A stretch of 64,000 nt of DNA from the human T2T-CHM13v2.0 reference genome, Homo sapiens. Where the stretch lies: assembly GCF_009914755.1 (NCBI RefSeq), contig NC_060941.1, one strand, 5' to 3'. Below are positions 41,791 through 55,252 of this stretch, piece by piece; position 1 is the first letter of the stretch; every line of letters starts with the position of its first letter. Under the pieces are notes generated by a model. That model had not been told where the DNA came from, did no database searches, and saw nothing but the letters and a program-made list of their open reading frames with translations. A program made the position numbers and the translations under genes.

Positions 41791-42091
41791 TTTTTTTTTT
41801 TTTTTTTGGAAAGTCTTGCTCTGTTGCCCAGGCTGGAGTGCAGTGGCATGATCTCGGCTCACTGCAACCTCCACCTCTCAGGTTCAAGCAATTCTCCTGT
41901 AGGCCTCAGCCTCCTGAGTAGCTGGGATTACAGGTGCCTGCCACCATGCCCAGCTAATTTTTTGTGTTTTCAATAAAAACAGGGTTTCACCATGTTAGCC
42001 AGGCTGGTCTCCAACTCCTGACCTCAGGTGATCAAACCGTCTCAGTCTCCCAAAGTGCCTGGATTACAGGCGTGAGCCACCATGCCTAGCC
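41791..42091 (-). mobile_element. AluS (Sx/Sz-like)
   Basis: Full dimer; TSD AAGATTGTGGCT/AAGATTGTGACT. Confidence 0.93.
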
Positions 42092-42879
42092 CAAGATTGT
42101 GACTATTAATGGAACAAGGCACCATATGGTTAATGAAGATACGCAAATTAAAAGAACAAATGAAGGAATGTGGTTTTAGCAAGGAAAGAAGACTGTTTCT
42201 TAAAAGATAGGGACAAAGGAAGATGAGACAGATGAAAATACAATGTTGAGAATAAAAGGGTTGAGGAAGTTCTCACCAAGTTAGTCACAGACCTTTTACC
42301 CTTTCATTAACATTGAATATTAATCCATCCATGTGTGGAAATTGAGGAGACATGGATTAGATGGCAATCTTAAAAATGTGGAAAAGGTTTAAATGGTCAC
42401 AGAATAAAGTCAACTAGAGATGAATATGAAATCAACAAGAGATGAATTGTGACCTTCCTGGAATTGCATAGAATTAATCTTCCTTGGGTCAAATTAACAT
42501 GATTTTATGGCAGTATCCAGACTTGGACAATCATAAAAGGAAGAGGAGATAAAGTACAATGGACGTTGCCTGGGGATACAAAATATGGGATTGATAAGGC
42601 GAGGACAGAGAAATTTCTGAGGAAAGTTTTGTTGGCTTTTTTATGAGAGTTAGCATTTTTGTGACATGACTAGCCACATGGTCCTGACTGATAAAGCAGG
42701 TAAGTGGAGCTAGAATAAAAGAGACATGTAGGGAAGACCTCAGGAGACTGGAAAGCACAATGGGAGCAGCAGAGACAGTCACTATCCAACAAATATCCAC
42801 TGGATTCTGTGCATTTCTCCATGACAGTTTTTTGGAGGTCAGGTGATTTGTTCACTTCAAAAAAACTGGGAACAGAAAC

Positions 42880-43110
42880 GAAGTGCATCTCTTGCAGTGT
42901 GAGGCAGAAAAAGGTTGCTGTGTCTTCTCCATCCCAATCTCCCACTCTTGAAGTGTTTTTGGAAGCCATGTATGGATTGAAACAATAATGTTACAAGGTA
43001 GAAGGAGACTGGATCCCAGATGGAGACCCTGCCAACCCACACTGGATTTGTGTGAATGAGAAGTGAGCTTCTGTTGTTAAACCACTGAGACTTAATTACT
43101 CTGAAAATGA
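42880..43110 (+). mobile_element. MLT1J/I-like LTR 3' fragment
   Basis: GAAGCCATGT; GAAGGAGACTGGATCCC; TGAATGAGAAGTGAGCTTCTGTTGTTAAACCACTGAGA. Confidence 0.62.
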
Positions 43111-43788
43111 ATAGAATGCCTAGCATGCATAATGGAGTGTAAAATACAAATGGAAAGGAGGTCATTCTCTGAGAGGGAATTTTCACATTCTGAGACCTTC
43201 TAAGTGGGCCAGTCTCTGATAATGATGAGATCTAAGATGTGGCCACACTTGGGACTGGATCATGAACAGAGACAACAGAGATCAAAGGATCCAAGAAAAT
43301 AAAGGAACACTGACCCCAGAATGCTATAAAGGTGTGAAGGATGAGTTTAATTGTTATTATTAAGAGAAAGACTAACTGCTTTGAAGGTACAAAGCAAGGT
43401 AAGATACTGTCCTCAAGGTTGGAAGAATGCAGTATCAATTCATGGCATGATCTTCAAAGAAAAAAAAAATAGGGCAATTCTCTGGCAGTTACCATGGAGC
43501 CCAAATATGTCAATTCCTAGTCTTGTCCAGTGCCTTTAAGGTGGGAATGGAAGGGACTATATCAGAGAGAAGAAAAAGAAGTGGCAGTAGCATTAATGTT
43601 GGAAGCCTTTCAGCATTCTGATACCAAAGACCTCTGCCCATCAGGATTTAGTTGTGTACTGGTATCTCATGAAAAGTGAGTTTCTTCCAACGCGAGGAAA
43701 GACCTGCACAGCTTTGAAAATACCCTAGACTAACTGGCATTCCCTCAAGTGGCCCATCTTTGTTTTTTAGACATAATGCCTTGAGATC

Positions 43789-44145
43789 TAATATGGTTTG
43801 GCTATGTCCATACCCAAATCTCACCTTGAACTGTAATAATACCCACGTGTCAAGGGTGGACCCAGGTGGAAATAATTGATTCATGGGGGCAGTTTCCCCC
43901 ATACTGTTCTTGTGATAGTGAGTAAGTCTCACAAGGTCTGATGGTTTTATAAATGAGAGTTCTCCTGCACAAGCTCTCTTGCCTGCCACCATGTAAGAAG
44001 TGACTTTGCCCCTCTTTCACCTTCCACCATGATTGTGAGGCCTCCCCAGCCATGTGGAACTGTGAGTCCATTAAACGTCTTTTTCTTTATAAATCATGCC
44101 ATTTTGGGTAGGTCTTTATTAGCAGCATGAGAACCAATTAAGGTA
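43789..44145 (+). mobile_element. THE1 (C/D-like) MaLR solo LTR
   Basis: TAATATGGTTTGGCTATGTCC start; GATTGTGAGGCCTCCCCAGCCATGTGGAACTGTGAGTC; TSD AGATC/AGACC. Confidence 0.9.
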
Positions 44146-44464
44146 AGACCCTAAGTTGTATTCTAGTCCCTATGAAAAAGCCTCTTCCCTTGTTTTATTG
44201 TAGTCCTAATTGCCTGGGCTGCCGGGCAATGTTTTGTGTATGTTTGAATCTTTTGTGATGAGAACAAGGTAGCAACACTAAAAAATAAATAAATAAATAA
44301 ATTTAAAAAGATATACATTCTCAAGTAGCATTCATTGGGATGTGTTCCTACATTTCCTCCTCAATCAGAAACCTATTCCTACATTGGGAAGGTTTCATTG
44401 TTGCTAATGTAGTTTGATCAGTGAATTAGCAGAGAAGAAAACAGGTAAGGCAGAGTATCTAAAG

Positions 44465-44620
44465 CAGGGTTTCTTCTTGACCTGAGGTCTGTGAACCATT
44501 TCAAATTGACTCAGGACCCTGTACATTGGGGTAATTATTATGTTTTCCTGAGGAGAATTCCCATAGCTCTCACCTGAAATTTAAGAGAATCTCTGGCCTA
44601 TAAGTAGTTGAAAACAATCT
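44465..44620. mobile_element. MER103C-like hAT MITE
   Basis: CAGGGTTTCT start; TTTTCCTGAGGAGAATTCCCATAGCTCTCACC; GTTGAAAACAATCTG end. Confidence 0.55.
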
Positions 44621-44851
44621 GTCTGAAAGAAGCACTTTCATCCACAGGTTACGATCATTAAATCATGGTTTAAAAAGATATCTAAGATACAGTTGATAAT
44701 CAATTTTTCTTTTTCCCAAAGTAAACATAATTAATTCATTGATTATAGAGTAAGAAGTCACATGGGAGCCTCTGGTTTGGGATTTCTCCCTGCATGGGTA
44801 ACCCACTGCCATTCTTTACTCTTTCTCCATACACGCTGTATACGTGGGCAC

Positions 44852-45217
44852 TGATATGATTTGGCTGTGTCCCCACCCAAATCTCATGTTGAATTGTAGA
44901 CCCCATAATTCCCATGTGTTGTGGGAAGAACCCAGTGGGCGGTAATTGAATCATGGGGGTGGGTCTTTCCCATGTTGTTCTCATGATAGTGAATAAGTCT
45001 CATGAGATCTGATGGTTTTATAAAGGGAAGCTCCCCTGTACATCCTCTCCCTTGCCTGCTGCCATGTAAGGTGTGACTTTGCTCCTCATGTGCCTTCAGC
45101 CATGATTGTGAGGCCTCACCAGTCATGTGGAACTGTGAGTCAATTAAGCTTCTTTCCTTTATAAATTATCCAGTCTTGAGTATGTCTTCATTAGCAGCAT
45201 GAGAACAGATGAATGCA
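44852..45217 (+). mobile_element. THE1B MaLR solo LTR
   Basis: TGATATGATTTGGCTGTGTCCCCACCCAAATCTC...AATGCA; perfect 5-bp TSD GGCAC. Confidence 0.94.
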
Positions 45218-45491
45218 GGCACTGTTTTATTGTTCTAAAATATACTCTCTCATCTCTGGTGATACTCCCCTGACTGGGGCAACTTCACTGGCACACACAA
45301 TAAGTCTTATAAACCCTGACAAAGTAAAAATATTACAAAATGAGAAGGCAGTGGGAAGAGCGGGAGGAGGATTAAGATTGTTAATCTCCTATGACATAGC
45401 ACCAAGTCAACTGATGGAGTTCAAAAATAAAAAGATAAACAGATTTTTAACTCTGGAATATTTTCATAATTACCTTTTTCTTAATATTAGA

Positions 45492-45659
45492 GCAGTGTTC
45501 ACATCCTTGGCTGCCCATTCGAATTACCTGAGAGATTTCAGGAATACTAATACCTGAGTCCCATCCAGTGAGATTCTGATTTAATTGCTCTTGGGTGCAG
45601 ACTGGGTTTTAAAGTGTTCTCCGCCGATTCCAGTGTGCAGTCAAGGTTGAAAACTACTG
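45492..45659. mobile_element. MER5A1-like hAT MITE
   Basis: CAGTG...GAGATTCTGATTTAATTG...GTGCAGTCAAGGTTGAAAACTACTG. Confidence 0.8.
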
Positions 45660-46533
45660 CCTAAGAGGAATATGCTAAGAACTGATGTCACTGGTGTTTA
45701 CGAAACAGGTATCCATAGCCTAGAGGTTAATTAAGCTTTATTTTAGTTTTTCTTCTGTTACACTCATGGAAAAATGAAGGTATTATATAAAGATATCTCC
45801 TGCATAGTAAATTTCCCTCTCTCTTTATAGATGCATCCACCCAACCATCTCTTTGTATGTGTGCAGGGTGAGTTGTCAGGATGCACGTGTAATAGTCAAT
45901 GCTGAATTTGGGGAAATCAGGTTTTGTCTGCCTTGACTTCTCCTTCTCTGTTTGGAATTTGTATAATGAACATCAGTCACAATTTTTTGAAAACAATAAA
46001 ATAATTGCTTGTAGAAACAAATTTTTAAAATAAAGATTATGAAAATAAGGCAAATTAAAAATGTCAAAGTAAAATTGAAGATTCCATGCATATTTCTAGC
46101 TCATAGGACAGCTGATTTAGTTCCTAAAAATAGAAATGAAAATTTTTGCCTGCCAGGACTTATTTTATGGCTACTGGCAGATCTTTTTGCTCTTTTTACT
46201 GGAGGTGAGGATGATGGGACAAACATTAAGTTTACTCTGTCAAAGAATGAATGTTGATTTTCACATGTGTGAACAGAAAACTCGGGAGTGCTAATTAAAA
46301 TAACAATAATAAAAACAGCATTTTATAATTACTAGAAAAAAATCTAGTGAAACTGTGCCATCTGATTAGAGGAAGAAAAAAGACTGTCAATGCCTAGAAA
46401 TGCTCAAATTTATCCTTGAAATAACTGAGTTGTTCCTACTCTCCCTTTCCCAAGTTTAAATTTGGTGCACAGTTCTAGAAAGAAAAATAAATCCATCTCA
46501 CAGTCCTGACCTACATAAAGTCCAATATAGTTT

Positions 46534-46536
<3 letters not shown>

Positions 46537-46574
<38 letters not shown>

Positions 46575-46603
46575 ACAGAGACACAGAGAGAGAGAGAGAG
46601 AGA
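46537..46603. repeat. (CA)n-(GA)n compound microsatellite
   Basis: Directly visible. Confidence 0.95.
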
Positions 46604-46747
46604 TTTACATATACAGGTATATTTACATATATATTGATTTATATTAAGCCCATGGAAATAATACATGGAGTTGTGAATAAAAATATCCAGAGATTTATCT
46701 ATGAGAGAGTCTATACAGTAGAGAGATGACTTAATAGGCTAAAAAGT

Positions 46748-46969
46748 TGACTTTTTTAGCCTTAGCACTATTGATATTTGATCCAAATAGTTCTTTGTTG
46801 TGGGAACTATCCTTTACATTATAGGATGTTTAACAGCACCCCTGGCCCTGCCCCACTAGATGCCAGCAGCAACCTCCTCCTCCTCTCCACAATTGTGACA
46901 ACCGAAAAGTCACATACGTTGCCAAATGTTCCCTGGGGAGCAAAACTGCCTTCTATTCAGAACCACTGG
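46748..46969. mobile_element. MER20 hAT MITE
   Basis: AGCACTATTGATATTT; TAGGATGTTTAACAGCA; CCACTAGATGCCAG; TTGTGACAACC; GAACCACTG end. Confidence 0.87.
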
Positions 46970-49900
46970 GCTAAATTATAATGTGAAAAAAAATCTCAAA
47001 GAATATAGGGTAGTTGCTAGGGTGTTAGAATGAGGAAAATTAAGATGGACTTTCCAGAATCAAAATACAGCTTATGAGAATTTTAATATATTTTATTTCA
47101 CTTGTGTGATAAACAATCAACACCTTGTGGGTACATATAATTTTTTATATTTTAAAATATTTTCCACAGTGTTGGTCATGTTGTCTGTGATGAATAGTTA
47201 TACATTGACAAAACAGACAAGAATATTGATTAAAGATCACATCCAGCAAATTCTCTGAGAAACCATGCTGTGTAGGCTTCTAGGGCATGAGACTTTTAAG
47301 ATTTTTACCCTCTCCCTGTTTCCTCCCAGTGAAGATAATTTACTATGACTTAGATTCCAAGGCCTTAATTGAGCCTGAAATTCTAGTTATCTAGCCACTG
47401 TGGTGTAAATGGTCACACTTCTGGATGTAATTGTCTCTCTGAGGGCTTTCTCTTGCACCAATGATGTCGAAGTGCTACCAGTATGTCTTAGCTGTCCACT
47501 TGACACTAGTGCAGCCTACATTCTCTTTCATCCCATCAGATGTTCTGTAGTGAAGGGATTCAAGTTTGAGCTTAACAACATGAAAAGTCTCTTAGACCAT
47601 ATTCTACAATCCACCTTAGCAGATACCATGAACTGGAATTCAGACAAAGCTCTCGGCCAATAGCAAAGTAGTACTCTTGCTAATGTTCTTCATATGTATC
47701 CATATATTTGAAAAGTGGTGGTGATTGGTGGCTGTGGTTTAAGACAGTTCTGGTATATCTATGAGCCCTGCTAAAATACCATATTAGTGTCATTTTAAGA
47801 ACCCCCAAGGCTTTCCTTTAACCCTTATTTCACGGCAAGGGTGAGTGACCATTTCTTAGACAATAGTTTGAGATTACATTGACATATTCATTAAAAAAAC
47901 AAATGTGTGTCATCTATGGAACATGATAACATGTTTTAAATCAAGATTGAAGCAAATTAGATTCTGTCAATGTGATGATCACATAAGCATCTTCCTTGGA
48001 AGAATGAAGTCAAGAAGTACAAGTGATCATCACATCAAGTGTCCTTCTGTGCAATGAGTTCTTAGGGCCAAGGAGCTCCCCCAGGAGGCAGGGATGACCC
48101 AGACTGATTTTGATGATACAGACAAAGCCAGCTTGAAAAAAATATAAACTTGCAGTTGAACTTTCTCAATTATAATTTAGGCAGTGATTGGACCGGGCAC
48201 ACCTCCACGCAGACATTCATCTCTACTCACATTGGTAAGAAGAGAAAGGGGCATGCATAGCTCTGGGTGGCCAAGGGTGCCCTCCGCCTGTCTGCTGGCA
48301 GCGAACAGATGTGAAGCAGAGGGCTGTCGAGGAGTCCTTGTCTTTCTCCCCAGCTCCCTCTTCATCTTTGTGCCTACTCTTTTGGGTTTCCTTTGCTTCC
48401 TTTTCCACAAAGTCTGAGGTCAAGTTCCAGTGTATCAGGACCTCTTCTCACCTTCATTCTCCCAGTTCCTTACTGCATGAAGACTGTGGCCACAGACACT
48501 GCCTTATGTCAAAGTGAAACTACACAGATGCACGAATGGTAATCCCTGGCAAGCCAATGTAGTTGAAACTTGAAATGATCTTTTTGCTGTACTTCAAAAG
48601 TAGTTTCTATCAGTTTATTGCATTTCTTTACCCTTAATTTATTGCTGTCACTTCCAGGGTATGATTTTGTTTTGCTTCTTTTGCTCTTACAGCCAGTTAG
48701 GTAGGAAGAAAATGCAAATTACAAAATCTTCTGTCATATTAAAGCAATAGGATTCACCTTTCAGAGTTACTTCAAAGCTTCCTCCTTGCATAAACAAATT
48801 AAACAGAATACAATGCTTTTAGTTGCCCACATTGGCTTTTTTTTTAAAAAAACAAAAACAAAAACAAAAAAAACCCTCCTATTAATTAAGAAGTATAAAT
48901 GGTGAGTTAATCAAAGCAGAGACATCCAGTCTTGCCAAGAAGATATATTTGTGCTACTTGACTCTGGAAATTTAAATAAAGGATTCCTTTCCCAACTCAA
49001 GGTTGAAGTTCTAAGATCAGAATCAAAAAGAATGCTAAAAGGGAAGCCAAACTGGCAGCTAGATAACTGAACAAGGAAAGCTGAAAACTTGCAAACTCGC
49101 TTCTTGGGTAGGAATGATTTCCCAAATTCAGTAGAGTTAAATGTAAGTTGATGCCAATCTCTATCAGGGCTGGTGAGCGGGCGGTGGAGTAAAAGGTATG
49201 TTACGGTAGAATTACCTAGGATTTTCTCTAACTCCTGAAGATAAAGTGTTTTTCTGAAAAAGACTTTGGATAAATAACTCATGTCTTTATCAACAGAAAA
49301 ATTTATCTTTAAGAAAGAGGGTTCAGTAAGAGTGAAAAATATTGTGGTCCAGCAAATGACATACAGGTCTGCAGGGTAATTGTGGCTCCTGGGGTTTTAT
49401 AGCTATTTATATGGAAAACGGACATTTTCTGATTTCTTGGGAATTTAAGGTAGCTCTGTGGGTTTTATTTTCTTCTTTTCTATACATCTTTTTTCCTTCA
49501 AGTGTTATTATACAGAGTTGGCCCAGACTACAGGAGACATTTAAAATACTATGTGAAAGAAGACTGTTGCAAATGTGAAGTTGGCCATTGGAGGAGAGCA
49601 AGGGACTAATAGCACATACAGCAGCTTTCAGCTGGAGGGAAGGATTGGAGATCCTCTGTACAATGGAAGGAGCAAGTCAGTAGCTTCTTATAGAGAGCTC
49701 CATAGTCAAAGGAGTGCACATGTTTGAAAGCAGAGTGTCCTCTTAGCATGCTGCATCTATGCCTCTAGTGTTAAAGCATGCATTTTCCTGAACACAATTC
49801 ACACACTGAAGCTGAACATATAAATGTTATAAGGCATAAACAAACAGCAGGGATTCAATACCCCACAGGGGTGACATGACCTGAGATGATACAGGGACCA

Positions 49901-51254
49901 TATGTTCATGTGTTAAAAAAAGAAACTGCCTTGAGGACTTACCACCATCTCTTATGGGTGAGCAGTGTGAATGGATGCTTCCATATTTGTGTCCCACTTT
50001 CATCTTTTCTATCATGATGGTACCCTTGTAGATAAACACGGTAAAGAAGAGAATGACCTACTCATTTATCTGTAGAAAATCACAAGGGTAGACAGGCTTG
50101 ACTACATGGGCTGGCAAGTGCATGTGATTATACAAGAGAAGGTTGAACTTCAGTGGGCTCCATGTGTGATTGCTCCATTTCTCTAAGAAAAATTGTCTTA
50201 TTCTCAGAGACACATGCATTAGACCTCAGGGTAACAGTCTTCCTCGTAGCACTTCAGTTTGGTGATTGTCAAGAAAAAGAAGCATTCCTGGACCACGAAG
50301 CCAGTTATGTAAAATAGAAGTAGGCAATAGCTAAGAACACTTAGGAGAATCCTTGGCCTGGACTTCTTCCTGAGGTCCTGATGAGAATTTTTGATTTGTT
50401 ACAGAAAACTGGCTTTCCACAACTGTCAGAGCTGGTAAAGCAGTCCCTGTAAGGTTCTTATCTCTTGGTCCTGGGCTGGAGCTTGAGGTTGGGCAGGCAG
50501 TTGGGAAGGAGATTGTGGGTATACGTTGGGGGAGATCAAAGTTAAGTAAAAACTCACAAGCATGAACTGGAACCTCACGAAAGGGGACTGAAACTCAGGC
50601 CAGTTCTTGTTGCCTCTGACCTTAGTGATGAGGTTATCCTCTAGAAGCCAGGTCTCTTCATTACAAAGCTGAATGCACAGGCTTAGCCTAGGAGTAGGAC
50701 AATGAAAGGAGGATCCATGGGAAGGTAGAGTCATTGCAGGTGTGGCTGCTGTTTCATACCCATGGGGCAGGTCAGCAGATCAGCAACCACATACAGGCAC
50801 ACTGCATTCTACAGAGCTTTGCAGATATTGTATTTTCTGTACAAATGGAAGGTTTGTGGCAACTCCACATCAAGCACATCTGTTGGCATCATTTTTCCAA
50901 TAGCATGTGCTCACTTCGTGTCCATGCATCACATTTTGGTAATCTTCACAATAGCTTAAACTTTTTCATCATTATTATATCTGTTATGGTGATCTGGGAT
51001 CAGTGATCTGGGATATTGTTCTTGTTATGTTTAGAGGCACCACAACCACTCCCGTATAAGATGGCAAACTTAAATGATTAATGTTGTGTGTGTTCTGACT
51101 GTTCCAATGACCAGCGGTTCCCCCATCTCTCTCCCTCTTCTCAGGCCTCTCTACTCCCTGAAATACAACAGTATTGATACCAGGTCAGTTAACAACCCTA
51201 CAATGGCCTCTAAGTATCTGAGTGAAAGGAAGGGCCACACATCACTCACTTTAA

Positions 51255-51332
51255 CCTATTTCCTATTTAGAAAAAAAAAAAAAAAAAGTACAGCTCGTTG
51301 CCAGTGCTCTTTTCTCAGGACAAATGGGAAAT
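51255..51332. mobile_element. MER75A-like piggyBac MITE
   Basis: Starts right after TTAA; CCTATTTCCTATTTAG(A)nGTACAGCTCGTTGCCAGTGCTC...CAAATGGGAAAT with inverted termini. Confidence 0.78.
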
Positions 51333-52417
51333 CAAAGGCTAGCAACTATCAAGCTTAGAGAAGAAGGCACATTAAAAGCTGAGATAAGTTAAAAGCTAGG
51401 CTTCTTGTGTCAAAGAGCCAAGTTGTGAATGCAAAAGGAAAGTCCTCATGGAAATTAAAAGTGCTACTCCAGTGAACACACAAATGAAAAGAAAGCGTAA
51501 CAGCCTATTGCCAACATGGAGAAAGTTTGATGGTCTGGCTGGAAGATCAAACCAGCCAAAACATTTCCCTTAAGCCAAAGCCTAATCCATAGCAAATCTC
51601 CAACTCTCTTCAATTCTATGAAAGCTGAGAGACACGAGGAAGCTGCAGAAGACAAGTGTGAAGCTAGCAGAGGTTGGTTCATCAGGTTTAAGGAAACAGG
51701 ACATCTCCATAACATTAAAGTGCAAGGTGAAGCAGCATGTGCTGACAAAGAAGTTGCAGAAGTTGTCCAGAAAATCTAGTTATGATCATTGATGAAGTGG
51801 CTACACTAAGCAACAGATGTTGAATGTAGATGAAACAGCCTTATGTTGGAAGATGATGTCATCTAGGACTTCCACAGCTAGAGAGAAATCAATGCCTGGC
51901 CTTAAAGCTTCAAAGGGCAAGCTGACTCTCTTGTTAGGGGCTAAATACAGCTAGTAACTTTAGGTTGAAGAGAATACTCCTTTACTATTCTGAAAATTCT
52001 AGGGCTCTTAAAAGTTGTGCTGAAGTTCCTGTGTTTTATAGGAAAAACAAAGCCTGGATGACAGTACATCTGTTTACAGCATGGCTTACGGAATATTTTA
52101 AGCCCACTGTTGAGACCTATTGCTCAAAAACAGATTATTTTTAAAAATTACTGCTTATTGACCATGCACCTGAACACTCAAGAGCTCTGACAGATATGCA
52201 CAATATGAATGTGTTTTCATGCCTTCTAACACAACATCCATTCTGGAGGCTCACAGAACAAGGAGTAATTTTTGACTTTCAAGTCTTATTATTTAAAAAA
52301 TAAGGCTATAGCTGCCATAGTTAGTGATTCTTCTGATAGATCTTGGCAAAGTAAAGCAAAAACCTGGAAAGAAATCACCATTCTTTCCATTAAGATGCCA
52401 TTAAGAACATTCATGGT

Positions 52418-52735
<318 letters not shown>

Positions 52736-53212
52736 TCAAAATATCAACATTAACAGAAATTTGAAAGAAGTTAATTTCAACCCTCAAGGAAGACTTTCTG
52801 GGGTTTAAAACCTCAGGGAGGGTAACTGCAGATGTGGTGGCAATAGCAACAGAACTAAAATTAGAAGTGGACCTGAAGATGTGACTGAATTACTGAAATC
52901 TCATGATCAAACTTTAACAAGTGAGGAATTGCTACTTATGGATGAGCAGAAAAAAAGTGATTTCTTCAGACATAATCTACTCTTGATGAACATGCTGTGA
53001 ACATTGTTGAAATAACAGAGGATTTAGAATATTATATAACTTTGTTGATAAAGCAGCAGCAGGATTTGAGAGGATTGACTCCAATTTTGAAGCATTCCTA
53101 CTGTGGATAAAATGCTATCAAACAGCATCACATGCTATGGAGAAATCTTTTGTGAAAGAAGAGTCCACTGATAAAACAACTTTTACGGTTGTCATATTTT
53201 AAGAAATTGCAG

Positions 53213-53570
<358 letters not shown>

Positions 53571-53959
53571 TCAGCAGTGATCAACATTGACGCAAGACCC
53601 TCCACCAGCAAAAAGATGGTGACTCACTCAAGGTCCAGATAATCATTAGCACTTTTGTCAAGAAAGTATTTTTGAACTAATGTATGTACATTGCATATTT
53701 AGACATGTTATTTCACACTTAATAGACTACACTATACTATAAATATAATTTTTACATGCACTGGGAAACCAAAAAAGTGCATTTGTGTGACTTGTTTTTT
53801 GCAATACCAGCTTTATTGCAGTGGTCTGGAACAAACTCCCAATATCTCTAAGGTATGCTTGTATCTGAACTGCAAAGTAACTGCTACTTCATCCCTCCAA
53901 ATCACCCAAAACCCTCCCTTGGGGTAAACTTTAACTATAACTAAAGACATACAAGAAAG

Positions 53960-54465
<506 letters not shown>

Positions 54466-54764
54466 AAAGAAAGGCCATTCTGGGAAATGTAGTTCAGCCT
54501 AGCTGATACATTACAAATGCATCGTATCATGAATTGGGAAATTCATGTACTGAGATTATATTGGCTACAGGTACTCTCAATTCTGCTAAGGATATAAGAT
54601 AGGATATAATAAAACATGTCTTTCTACAGGCTGTCCGTTTAGAAGAAGTCATCGGTAAGGAAGTATTCCTTCAAAGGAGATTTGAGTACACAGTCACTGT
54701 ACACATTTGTGATGCCCAATTAAAAGTTACCATATTTCAGGAAGGCTGACCTAAAAGAATGATC

Positions 54765-54944
54765 CTTACTCAGGGAACACACCACAGTTACCAGTGGAGC
54801 TTTTTCAAAAGTATAGATGACTGGGCCCAACTCTAAGACCTGCTGAAAGAGAATCTTCAGAATTGAGAATAAACTGTGTGGATGTTTTTTTTCCCAAAAC
54901 CACAGTGGGTTGTCTAGGTGTGTACTCTTAATTAAGAACCCTTG
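54765..54944. mobile_element. MER5B-like hAT MITE
   Basis: GGAGCTTTTTCAAAAGTATAGATGACTGGGCCC...GACCTGCTGAAAGAGAATCT...TTAAGAACC. Confidence 0.55.
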
Positions 54945-54946
54945 TG

Positions 54947-55252
54947 GGCGAGGTGTGGTAGCTCGCGCCTATAATCCCAGCATTTTGGGAGGCTGAGGAG
55001 GGCAGATCATTTGAGGTCAGGAGTCTGAGACCAGCCTGGCCAATATAGTGAAACCCCGTCTATACAAAAAATACAAAAATTAGCTACGCATGTTGGCATG
55101 TGCCTGTAATCACAGCTACTAGGGAGGCTGAGACAGGAGAATCACTTGAACCTGGGAAGCGGAGGTTACAGTGAGCCTAGATCACACCGCTGCACTCCAG
55201 CCTGAGCAACAGAGCCAGACTGTCTCCAAACAACAACAATAACAACAACAAC
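54947..55252 (+). mobile_element. AluS (Sz/Sx-like) with (CAA)n tail
   Basis: Full dimer; TSD AACCCTTG. Confidence 0.92.

Noticed and set aside
48911-49282. 123-aa ATG ORF on the - strand
   Set aside because: Leu/Ser/Phe-rich composition typical of non-coding DNA; no homology recognised
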